Positions 12,414-25,000 of a stretch of DNA of 64,000 bases are shown here, in pieces. Below the pieces are notes generated by a model. The model saw only the letters and a list, made by a program, of their open reading frames with translations. It made no database searches and was not told where the DNA came from. Position 1 is the stretch's first letter; each line of letters opens with the position of its first letter. The translations under genes were made by a program, and so were the position numbers. Source of the stretch: Lytechinus pictus (Eukaryota); the NCBI RefSeq assembly GCF_037042905.1, contig NC_087251.1, positions 43,774,001 through 43,838,000 of the forward strand, written 5' to 3'.

Positions 12414-13886
12414 AAATACATTGGGATGTACTCTTCCCATGAAAATTTATTTATCTATGATTCAATTGCATGTAAATATGTACATGTATGTCTTCTTATT
12501 GTCCTACCCCCTTCACTGTATGTGAGACCTTCCTGAATTTATTGTCTCTGTTTTTTCTATTCATTTGAAAAAAGATCATAACGCTCTCAAATTATGATGG
12601 CTTGATCAGTTCATGCAGTGTAGTAAGAATGGAGAATGATTGTTTCACAAGTAAAAAAAAAAAAAGTTGATTCTAATGGAATTGCCTTAATTCTGTGTGT
12701 CTATAATTTTGTTCTAAGATATCGGTCATTGTGGATGAATGTAAATTATAAATGCATTCCCGTACGAAATGAAAATAAAAACAAGGGATGTTCAGTAGGA
12801 TGGATTGGATGAGATGAACATCTTTAAAGATAGGGAAGCTATAGCAGGAAGTAATGCACAATTAATAGATGAGTTTGGATATGTGATGGTTGGAAAATGG
12901 TTATCAAATCGGTTCCAAGACTTGCTCGGGCGACAGTTGCTCCACTATAAATTCCAAACATTAATTGAATGACTAACTTCATCCCTACCCTAGCATAAAC
13001 CATGGACCTATGAAAGCTGGACATTCATTGGTTAGTTAATGAATTCACTAAAATCTGACTGTCATTGTCATGTGAATAACATTCTCTAAATATTTATCTC
13101 CTGTGATCCCATCATGGTCTCCATCAATTAAGCCATGAGCTACAGAAAACTACGGTGATCAGACATTAACATTAGACAAATGGTATGTGCAGAAGGTAAT
13201 AAATAACCTAAATTCTGGGAAATTAATGTGCAGTTCTGGTTTACAAATGGTTATCTTAGTTCCATGATTTTTATTTGGGAAAATGTATGAATATTTCAAG
13301 ATAGAGGCTGAAATGAAATAGATTGATTGTAATTTATAATCACATTTTAAAGATTTCCTCATAATATTCCAGAGAAACATGGTGGATTTCTTGTAGGGGT
13401 CGTCTCTCTCTCACATTGTTAGTAAGGTCATTATGAGTGTGCAGAAGTGTGCAAATCGATAATAATATATTTGATATCACAAAAATCGTCTGCTTCTCAA
13501 TTTGCTGTTCCAAATCTGAAACATCTTGATTGAAAGGTATAATCTGATGCCGGACATCAGCCAACAAACGCCAAGAATAGGAAAAAGATTCCTTTGTAAA
13601 GATCAGATTCGCCTTGGTAGCCGCTATCGTCAAAACACCTGTATGTTCTCATTAATATGCACATAATCAGGATACGGCGACTATGATTGCATCAAAAGAA
13701 TGCTCGCGTTAATCATCCATTTCTTGTAGGACCATGCCTAAACCTAACCTTAACACAGAGTAAATGTTGTGTCACTGCCAAATCCTACATAATCAGGTAT
13801 GTATGTGACATGCATTCCTGTTCAACCTCATTTTTAATGCCGTAAAGCCATGAATGTACTTGAAATGGTAGAAGTTGTGTGAAATA

Positions 13887-14375
13887 TACAGAGCCTTTAA
13901 AGTGCCATCGACTTGACAACTTGGCGAGATACTTTATCTTGCCATGTCGACATAATAACCTTATTATGTCGACATGGCGAGATACGTTATCTTGCCAAGT
14001 TGACTTATAAAACATATGTCAACATAGCGAGATATTTTATCTGGCTAAGTCGACTTATAAAACATTATATGTCGACATGGCAAGATATGAAGTGTCCAAG
14101 GCCCGGCGAGAGTCCAAATATCTCGCCAAGTTGACATATTACTTTTTATAAGTCAACTTGACAAGATAAAATATCTCACCATGTTGACATATAACTTTTT
14201 ATAAGTCAACTTGGCAAGATAACGTATCTCGCCATGTCGACATATAACCTTTTATAAGTCGACTTGGCAAGATAACGTATCTCGCCTTGTCGACATAATA
14301 AGGTTATTATGTCGACATGGCAAGATAAAGTATCTCGCCAAGTCGTCAAGTCAATGGCTCTTTAAAGGCTCCGTA
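13887..14375. mobile_element. Foldback non-autonomous DNA transposon with 6-bp TSD (IS3EU-like termini)
   Basis: TACAGAGCCTTTAAAG / CTTTAAAGGCTCCGTA TIRs; GAAATA duplicated at 13881-13886 and 14376-14381; internal ~50-bp subrepeats. Confidence 0.85.
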
Positions 14376-14488
14376 GAAATAGTCTCACAATTGTGTGGAC
14401 AATAATTCCTAGTAGAACATGAGGCTTGCTGTCAGCAACTTTATTGCTCGTATCTGTATCTGAGAGTTGTAGTAGCATGATCATCACA

Positions 14489-14855
14489 GAGTGAAGTTGG
14501 CTCAGTCGGTAAAGCATCTGCCTGTCGAACCAAAGGTCATGGGTTCAAGTCAAACCAGGGCGGAAGACTGAAGCCTGCATTGTGTTAAAACATTACGTAG
14601 ATGCAGGCTATGTTACAGTGGTAAACAATCCGTCCCTCGGATGGGATGTTAAATGGAGGTCCCATATAGGGGAGAGTCACCACCTTTGCACTTTAAGAAC
14701 CCACAGCACTATTCATATAAGAGTAGGGGGAAACCCCGGTGTAGCGGTCCACCTGCACTCCCCCATCAGTTATATCAGGAGAGACCTGCGGGTCACAGTG
14801 ATTCAGTTCGCTTTTTGCCTCCCAGGCACAGGTGATCCCAATCAAAATAATAATA
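14489..14855 (+). mobile_element. tRNA-derived SINE
   Basis: A box TGGCTCAGTCGG, B box GGTTCAAGTC, non-tRNA body, (AAT)n tail. Confidence 0.7.
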
Positions 14856-15095
14856 GTGTTAAGAGCCACTTTTTCTTACAATATGGGTTTCTCTGTATTC
14901 TGATATATGCCGGAGCACCACTAAAACTCAGGGTCCCTTATCAAAAAGGTAAGCGATTAATCTTTGCTTGATGTTTGTAATTGATTTTAGATTATAAGTC
15001 AATTCATTCAATCAGTAAAACAATGTTCTGTAATAATTGCTAAGCTTTGTGTTACGGGCCCCTGGCCTGACTCACATCAAATTTCATACACTTAA

Positions 15096-15596
15096 AGGGG
15101 AAGTTTGTCCTGATGTAAAGTTGGTTATATAAAAGCATAAATATAAAAGAAACACATGAGTGAAGGTTCGGCGAAAATCCATCCAAGAATTACCGCTATG
15201 AAGTTTAAAGGTTTTTTAAAATCTGTTTTTTTTTTAATGTCACATGTGAGCAACTCTTCTGCAAGTCATGGGATATGAATTCTGCGAAATTTCCATTTCT
15301 CATGAAATAGATTATGGCTTTGCCTGCGCATTTAATATGTCATCAGACATATCATTTCATACCCGCTTCAGTGGGGAAACATATTAACTAGTAAATATTG
15401 GGAATTGAAATTACATTCCATGACGTATATGTAGGGGCAGTTTCTCACATATAACATCACAAAGAAATTAAACACTTGAGAAGTAATATCTCTTGTTCTT
15501 CGATGGATCTTGGTCAAACCTGTAACAATGCTTTTCTGTAATTTTTTCTACTTTAATTAAAAAACCAACATGCCATCAGCATAACCCCCCTACCCT
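15096..15596. mobile_element. Kolobok-like element, diverged
   Basis: TTAA|AGGGG ... CCCT|TTAA ends; related 5' fragment at about 38720. Confidence 0.55.
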
Positions 15597-15848
15597 TTAA
15601 AAACCGATGCACTCACATCTCATTTTACACCATATATTACTGACAAGTGCAAACAATCCATTTGATTTCAACATTTAATTCAATCATTAACGTTCAGGTG
15701 CAATTATGTTGAACTTGAGTACATTTCATCAAAGTGGCTTTCTGACATTGAGCATATTGATACTTTGAATACACAGAATCAAAGGTGATGATTGGAAAAA
15801 GGCAATAACTCAATTATGACATATTCAGGGAAACAAGGTAGGTTGTCT

Positions 15849-15988
15849 CCATAGGGTATCTTAATAATCATATTTCATAGGATATCTTAATGATCATACT
15901 TCGTAGGATATCTTAATAATACTGCATAGGATATCTTAATAATCATACTTCTTAGGATACCTTAATCATACTTCATAGGACATCTTAG
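15849..15988. repeat. Minisatellite, about 22-26-bp unit CATAGGATATCTTAATAATCATACTT
   Basis: About six degenerate tandem copies. Confidence 0.85.
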
Positions 15989-16936
15989 GCCAAGGAATTA
16001 CATATTACATTTTTTCACCAGCAGGTACTAGGTTTGAAGACAGACATTTTTCCTAATTTGTAATTTACCTTACTTGTACTTCTCTTAGTTTCTCTTTACT
16101 TTTATGTTTTGCTCTCTTCTAAGTGCCTTGAGCATTTAATCAAAATGGAAAAGACGCCATATAAATCATATGTATTGTTATTATTATTTAATCCATTGAC
16201 TACTAAATCCTCTAGTTCCCATGGGTTTTGTACAGGGATCATCCGATTCCAAGAGGCAAGGGGTTTAGATTCAATTTGGTCAAAATCAGATTTACATGGG
16301 TTACAGGGCAAAAGATAACAAAAGTTATCACGTTACAATATCCGACTAGTGTCGGCTTACCAACTCATGCAAGGTCAATGATATTTCAAAAATAAGTAGA
16401 CATTAAGAAATGCATTCAGGGCCCTGCAATTTAAAGCTCGGCGACTGATTGCAGGGCTGGTTTTTACGATTGATCATACACAATAATCAATGCAATCAAT
16501 CGTAGAAATCAACCCTACTATCGATAGCTAAGTTTTATAGTACAGGGGACCATTTCACAGAGGTGTTTGAAAGTTAAGAGCGACTTTTAAGAACGACTGG
16601 TGGACCTGATTTACGCGCTAAATAATCACCAATGAGTAATGGTCAATATCATTTACCACAAGAAAGGTTCACCAGTCGTTCTTAAAGTCTCTCTAAACTT
16701 ACGAACAGCTTCATGTAACACTCGTCTGGGCCCTAATTGGCAAGGAAAATGGAAAGTACTTTAGCATCAATGATGAACGTTATCCAGTAAATGCTACTGG
16801 GCCGTGATTAATCAACATTTAATCTACATAAAAAGGCCTACATGGAACATTAACTTGCATTTCATTATATGATACACTTACATTACTTAGTATAGCAAAG
16901 TTAAGTTCACAAATGTCACTTTCTTTTGTATTCCTG

Positions 16937-17104
16937 GTGTGTGTTTCATAAAGCTGTTCGTAAGATACGAATGACTGTACTCACGACTGGTGATCCTTTC
17001 TTGTGCTATGTGATCCTTATGTAATTGAGTTATGACCTAAGAAAATGTTCCAGTCGTGCGTCAAGTCGTTCGTAACTTTACGAGCAGCTTTATGAAACAC
17101 CCCC
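16937..17104. mobile_element. Harbinger-like MITE
   Basis: GTGTTTCATAAAGCTG / CAGCTTTATGAAACAC inverted ends with CTG flanks; relatives at about 2525-2700 and 16560-16725. Confidence 0.65.
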
Positions 17105-17461
17105 CTGGACTATTGGTAAATTTCATACATAATTCCTACAACACATTAGATTCTATCACACATGTATTACAGTTACAGAATAAAAAAATAAAATAAAATC
17201 TGCTTCTAATAGCCATTAATCCTAAAAAAGTATTCTCTTACATTTTAGTAATTTCTAGTACTATGATTTTTAATACAATTTTTTTGTTTTACAACTCCTC
17301 AACACACAAATCTCGTCAATTGTCATCTATAATGAAAGAATACAATGTAGCAACAAGAATTTTTTGTATTAACAACATTTGAATAGTACCTGTATTCTCC
17401 AGTGAATTGATATTCATTCCATTTTGTGCTTTATTCCATTATTGAGCATTTCATTGAATAA

Positions 17462-17800
17462 GAGGTTCAGATCTCTTGAAATTTACATTTACAAAATTCC
17501 ACTCTTGCATTCTAGAGATAGATGTAATATTCAGATTTCTAATATCAAACTAGAAATATAGTTTCCTAACGAGAACAGTACTGTTAAGTTCTGAGAAAAG
17601 GAAAATATCAGAATAGTAAAATAGATTGATTGCATTCAAAAGTTCAGAACTCTTGAAAATTACATTTACATAATTACACTCTCGCATTCTGGAGATAATT
17701 GTTGAAATTGGATTTCTAATATTGATCTAGAAAGATAGTTTCCTAATGATAAGTATATCGGTACTGTTAATTTCTTCTGAGAAATGGAAAATGTTAGATT
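17462..17800. repeat. Two-copy tandem duplication, period about 180 bp
   Basis: GTTCAGA..CTCTTGAAA.TTACATTTACA...TCTGAGAAA.GGAAAA repeated at about 17465 and 17642. Confidence 0.8.
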
Positions 17801-18708
17801 AGCAACACACATGATTATACTGAAGCTTTGAGGTTTTGACCATTCTCATTTATTCACTCACTAAAATTTGGTCCCGTTTTGAAATAATAGATATCATATT
17901 CCCTACAAATGAAATATATTATTATGATGGTAGATGAAAAAAAAGTAAAAATATACATCCCTATTTAAAATTATCAGCAAAATATACAACGGAAAGCATC
18001 ATGGATGCTAAACATAACCATTATAAAGCAAGTAAAAAAATATGGTGAAAGGAATTCAAGAAGTAGATATTTCAATACAATTTTGATACAAATTGTATCC
18101 CGCAGTTGCAATCCTGCAGACAAAATTAGCACTATCTGCCTGCTCCTAATGACCTTGTAATTAACATACCGTATTCGAAATGCAAATAATTGTTGCCATC
18201 TCTAATATTTGTGTCAATTAATTCTTGGTAGCTAGACAATCAATATACATGTAGGTCCATATATTACACAGATATATTGCAAACATAAGAAGAAATAGAC
18301 CATTCACATCCAATATTAAGTACGAACTTACGCAATGAAATAAATAGTTATATTCAGTATGTACAGACACCTCTTTGAGGCATACAATTTACATTAAAAT
18401 AAGGGCATAAATATTATACCCTTTATCTCGCTTAATGTGCAAATATAGTTGGAATTCAACAACCTTACTTGACCCTAACAATTCTCTTCAATCCATACTG
18501 GCACATGAAATTCATGATTCCTTACTACTGATGTAAAACCAATCTCTTGTTCTTTTTTTTCATTCTTTTGCCATCTTCCTTCCTTAATATTTTGGGCTCA
18601 AAATGAGCTACATCGGTAAAACCAACAAATCGATAATAGAAATACGCAATTTTTTCAACTGGTACAGTTTACTTACTAGAGTCTCCAAAAAAATAATAAA
18701 TGTAAAGA

Positions 18709-19067
18709 TTAAATACAGGTTCTGCGAAATAACCTCTGAACGATTCTTGTATGGTAGTTCCCCAAGAAATCTTGCTTGGTCAGCCAAAGAGAAGTATCTT
18801 CTACATCTCCTGCCGAGAGGACTATGTACTTCTCCCCCTCTTTCAACTTCCTGCACTCTGTGTCCGCTGGTAGAACCAGGGTGTTTAACTCGACATTGCT
18901 GTTGTGAGGTAGGATATGGTGGACGACGTCGAGCTCGATGGTGGTGTGGGTGTCGTTGGTGTCGATATGCCGGGCGATGAAACTGAAGGTGAAATCCCTG
19001 CCGCAATCATCAGATGCTTCCTTCCACAAACTTCCACCTTCAAGACCCATACAGACCAATGGAATGG
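18709..19067 (-). CDS. Gene A exon 12 (NTR/netrin-C-like domain, stop)
   Basis: CTTTCAG acceptor; C..C..FTFSFIA...LVLPADTECRKLKEGEKYIVL...FLGNYHTRIVQRLF pattern resembles the NTR module. Confidence 0.8.
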
Positions 19068-22000
19068 CTGAAAGAAAAAGAAAATCACTTTGAAATCATG
19101 GTTTTCGTACTATGGTACTAGGCCCATTTATTTTGTTACCACAAGTCAAGTCATGATTTTACAGAAAAACAGTGCACCCGTATGAAGCCAAAAAGGGTTC
19201 TGTGTTATCATTTGAATTTCTTATCCAGATATGTGTATATATATATCAATAGCTAGAGTTATTATCTTTAGAATAGTAGCTGCTGGCTTCATCGTTCGTC
19301 CATTTTCTTTCTTCATATGGTACTACTACAATTTATAATGAATATGACATAAACCATTCATCGTTACATAAATGTAACATAGAACTATGAATCTACAATA
19401 AGAGGATGATTTTGATTGATTTGGTATGAAGACAAAAAAAAACTTTTTTTAAATAGCTAAACCAAGAAATACATGCAAACTTGCTTCATTCGTCCTTCCA
19501 TAAGTCAAATATTTGCCTAAGTCAAAGCCATTTTAAGACCAGGTAGATTATTACATACCTCTTCTAATTCAAATAGCTCCCAAATTGAACAGATTTCTGT
19601 GTACCAACAAGGTTTGCCTTCAGAAAAGTTACCTGCATCACTCAAAGATTACTTACCTTCACAGTATCCTGTTGTAAAGTTTGGTTGAAGTCCTCGCTTA
19701 CAGCAGTTACCGTTGTCCAACTTCTGAAGTTTTTGTTTGGTACGGGGTTTTCTGGTAGGTCCCGATGCGCAGCACATCTCTTTGTTGAAGTCAAACGCTA
19801 ATGCACCACAGCACTGGTTTCTACCTCTGCGGATGCGTCGCACATAACCTTGGCAACAGATCTTGGATGTTGGGTCATAGGCAGTATTCTGACAGCATTG
19901 TCCATTGGGGATATCAGTCAGGGAACCATTACAACAAGTCTGTTCATCTGGAGAGTAGAAGTCTTCACCACAAAGAAAGAAGACCTTGTCATCTCTACAC
20001 TGGGCATCGCTCAGAGAATAGACCATGCCAGCACAGCATCCCTGGGTTAGCGGGAAGAACTCAGTATCATTACAAAGCTGATGACCAAAGTCAGAATGGT
20101 ACGGGTTGCACCCTAGCGATTGATGCATGATCTGACCAGATGGACAGCACTGGGATTCCTCACCATATATCTTCTGATGGATGGCACCGTTGCAACAGAT
20201 TTCTTGAGAGGGCGCTTTGATCACCCGGTTGCTGCAGCACTCCCTGAGGCCATTGTGGAGGAGGCCATCGCAGCAGGTCTGGTTGGTCGCGTTGTAGGAC
20301 CCCTCGATGCAGAAAGCATTGGTAGCAGATAGTGTATGATCATCCAGGAGCTGGATGATGATATTCTGACCTCCTGTTGAGAAGCACTGGTGAGTTGAAG
20401 GGTAGAAGGCAGCACGGTTACAACACTCCTTCCCTTCTGCCTGTGTATGGAGGGTTCCGTTACAGCATAAGTGACTCCCATTAGCCTGGTATGGCTTATT
20501 CCCACAGCAAACACTGTTCTCTTCTGCTTCGTATCTATAAAAAAGTATGATAAGGAACAAACATGACAACAATAATGAATCAATCTGGACAACAGAAGGT
20601 GAGAACAGGAGGAAGAACTAGACATTAACCCTACCCTATCTTCAAACCATTGTATGCTTGGGAAGTGGGGATGAGGTATTTTATCAAGGATTGATTCTAC
20701 AAAACTATTGAACTTCGACTGTCCCTGGGACATAAATATCAAATTTGTATACCTATCAAACACTACATATTTCTAATTCAGGAGGGTGTTTCAAAAGACT
20801 TGTTTTATCTAACAGTTACCATAGTACCAGTCATAGTAACAGTCAGATATCCGTGCTATTGGCCAACATCAAGGGAGGTCGCCAGATGACAAACATTTAT
20901 TAAATGCTCTCCAGATATCTGAAGAAACTGTAAAAGAAGAACCTTAATTCTCACCTGAACCCATCACAGCACAGTTCCGTTGTCGGGTCGTAGAGGTCGG
21001 ATCCGCAGCACTGTCCCTGTCCAGCTGGGTGTCTCACACCATTACACACAATCTCATCCAGTCTGTGAACCACTCCATCGGCCATCGAGCATTCCGTCTC
21101 CTCCTCCGCCTTCCTACTAAGCTTCCCACCGCAGCATGTGATGTTCAGTACAGATCGGTCATAGGCCTGATCCAGGCAGCAAGCGGGATCTTCCATTCCA
21201 CTGGTAGGGGTGAGGGAACCCATACAGCAACTGTGAGTTGAGGGATTAAAACCAATTGATCCACAGCACTGGCCTTCTTTCAATGATGTCCCTGGAATGA
21301 AAAGTGATTTTTGTAGCTGTTGGTATGCAATCTTCAAGTAGAGCATATGAAGGACTCTGACAATAAATATAAGAAAACACGACTGAAAGGGGGCACTAAT
21401 TACACTCACATGCACAATTCTAAGTTTCACAAACAGATGAAAAGAAGATCTAAAGAACATCACACTTTAGTGAGGTTATAATTTTGGATGATACTCCACT
21501 AAAATAAAATATTAATGAACCTTCACCATTTTTTTTTTTAAAGGCACTGAATAAAATCTACTCCTCTTTACTCACCTGGTGTTTGATATTGGATGCCATG
21601 GCAACAGGTTTGTCCTCGACCAATAAGATGTTCTCCACAGCATTCCTGATCTCTCTTATCATAGACCTCTCTCATCCTGCCACATAGTCTGATGTGAGGG
21701 CCAGCTTCTTGAGGAACAAGATCTCTGCCGTTAACGCAGTCGTATCGGCTGTTATCGTACACCTCTGATCCACACAATCTGTGCCAGATCATAGAAAATA
21801 TTTTAAAAATAATTCAAATCAATTAAAACCACGTACAGCTGGACTATTTACTCTATCATGACAAAGCCACAGTGACAGAACCAAATCCAGGCAAAAAAAA
21901 GCTATTGATTGATTGATTGCAGTTATTCTTTTTTTTTTCATTCCAAAATTCAACAAAAGTTACAATGTAAGGTAAAACACAAATATAATATACAGAAATG

Positions 22001-25000
22001 AAAAAAAAGGGAACCCACTGGAATGCAAAGCTTGTTAGTATGGGTTCCCTGCAATAAATAGTAAATTTAAGTATATATTTGATCAATGAAATTCAAATCG
22101 TAAATTGAAAGGGTTTGTACCATGAAAAAGAATACTAATGGGGTCTAGCTTTTTATGCCTACTCACCATGTGACAATTAACAAAAAATATAATATCATAC
22201 CCCTGGTGAATAAAACAAACCTGAATTCAGGAGTGTGTGAACAGACAATCACTTAGACAAGACAGGACAAAAACTAAAAACAAAAAAAAGACACACACAC
22301 AAACATGATGGAGAGCCGCTTCGCACCGAAGTTGTGCTAAACTTGTGCTTAACCTCAATCGATCAGCTTGATGAAACACCCACCAGAAATAGGGAAATGC
22401 TGGAACAAACTTGCTACACTTCTTGGTTCCTCTTTTATCCAAGTACAAGTTTTATTTTATCAATGCCTATCAATATGATGTGGGGGCTTCATGGTCTAGT
22501 GGTTACGACTCTCGTCTTTCAATCAAAGGGACGTGGGTTCAAATCCCAGCCATGGCGTGTTTTCCTTCAGCAAGAAATTTACCCATATTGTGCTGCACTC
22601 GACCAAGGTGAGATGAATGGGTATCCGGTAGGATTTATTCCTTGAATGCTTTAGCGCCTAAACGGCGGCTCAGCTACAGTTGGGGTAATAATATGATACT
22701 AAGTATCAAGCGCAGTAGAGTATATGCAATTATAATAGCTGTGCTATATGAATGGAACATATTATTATTATCCTTTATTTTCTAATTGCCGATCTTCTCT
22801 TAAAAATAAACAATGCGTACCTTGCGTTGTTGTGGGGGATGCCATCCTTTATGGTTCCATAGAAACAGGTGGATGTGACGGAATGGTAGGCCTGTAGTCC
22901 ACAGCACTCTAGAGGGAGCCCTTCATCATTTACCCTAGGCTGAATACTGTACTCGCAACACTGCTGAGTGACGAGCCTGTAGATACGTGATCCGCAGCAG
23001 CCATGTGTGTCGGTGTCATAGATCTGCCCCCCACAGAGGTCCTTGCCTTCAGCTCTGGGAATGATCTCGCCATTATCGGAACAAAACTGGAGGTAAATGT
23101 GGAAATGGAGGAAATCATTACTGAAAAGTGCTGAAATACTACAATTTTAGATACAATTCCATACATTCATGAACGGTGAAGTGTATTTTTTCAAAATAGT
23201 TACAACTTTAGCAAGGCAAATGGGATGCATGCTGATACTAAACTCCTGAAAAAAAAATAGAATGTTGATTATTATTGTGAATCTTTCTCTGTGTGAGTAC
23301 CTCTGCATTATTTCTCCCCAATCATGCTCTTTCTATTCCAATCATACTTTTTTTTCATGCTATTGCCTGAGAATACAAATTATGCGAGAAACCGTGCGTT
23401 CTCAACAAAGTTGGCCTACAGATAGCAGTCAAACCTTCTTCAGCAGCCACTGGTATAGAATGGACAACCTGTCTATAATGACTACAAATTTGGTTTCCCT
23501 TGCATATAATTCCCCATTGATATATATTGTATTAAAGGAACCTTTCTATAAAGACCACCTGTTCATAAATATCACTATTTTCCCTCGTATCCCGTGGGTG
23601 CCTTTAGACGGGTTATACAAAGTATAATGGTTTTCACATACCTCCCTGTTGCTGTCATAAGTCTGGCGTATGTTATTATGTTCCCGATCTAACGGAACAC
23701 AGACTTTATCGTGGGTTCTGTTTTCGGGAATGTCAACCACTTCTTGCATTGCGTCGTCGCAAAGTTGCTTTCCTTGGACAATCATCTCTGGTCCGCAGCA
23801 TTCTCCCTCACCGCGTGGGACTGGATGTACCTTCTGATGTTCTCCGGCTGGGATGATATAAAATGAGATTAAAGGTAAATCTTGGTATCATACTCATAAT
23901 CATATGTTGTTATTTAACGTGTCCTGAGCAAGATGTGGAATGCCAACCTATACATCGTTCATTGCTCGTGTTTGTTGAAGACCAGAGCAAATTGTTCTTT
24001 GTAGATTTGTTTAGAATACTGTTTTATAACCAACTTGGTACCAAATTGATGGTCATCATCAACATATTCATCACATCATCATCATCATGATCATCGTTAC
24101 CACCGTCAACACCACCACCATCATCATCATCCTCCTACTCTTCCCCCTACCTCCTCCTCATCTTCACCATATCACTATTATTGCCACAATCATCAACATC
24201 ATCACCATCACCATCATCATCATCATCATCAACATTATCATCACCACCACCACCACCACCATCTCCTCCACCAACACCATCATCACCAGAGGTGTTTAAA
24301 CACTCCCTCCATCCATCACACTAACTGCCTAAAGCTCACCTTTGCAGCATGTTTCCGACGTCGGATCAGTAAATACAACCTCGGTCTGCGAGAGTAAGCA
24401 GCACTCCCCCTCTGTACTGTTGAAGACCCTCCAATACTGGGACTCCCAAGATTCCCTGCAGCAGGTCTGTGTCTCTGGATCGTACTGAAGATCCATCTCC
24501 TGGCCAGAGGTGGTACAGATTTCCGCATTTGAGGCTATTTTATCCACAACGATGCTTCCATCGATACAGAATTGCTCTTTGTATCTGTAGGATTCTACAG
24601 GGGAAACAAAGAGGCATGACATGCAATTTTTGTTATCATAAGCTATTAAAACTAGCCAATCTTTCATGTACATATATATTTATCCCAACTCAAATATCAG
24701 TTTGCCGACAGCATTCAAGGGTTTCCTATCGATTCGTTCCAAAATACCTCATTTGCGTGTGGCAAACAAAGATTCATTCTTTCTTTATTCAATGATCCAT
24801 ACTACTTAATACATATGAATCTTGAATTTCCAGGACTATGTAATTTGTGATGACATTTCCTGATTAAAAATAATAAGAACATGAGAATATGATTGATAGT
24901 GTATTCTGAGCTATTACTAATCACTATATTATTTTCTGTTAAAGCAACTATCATTCAGATAAAAAAGGACTTACTTGAACCACAGCAGCGAGAATCATCA

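Noticed and set aside
13910..14350. CRISPR-like appearance of short palindromic repeats
   Set aside because: No unique spacers or cas genes; the array is inverted about its centre and bounded by TIRs and a TSD in eukaryotic DNA.
14582..14971. 129-aa ORF
   Set aside because: Mostly within a SINE body; no recognisable protein features.
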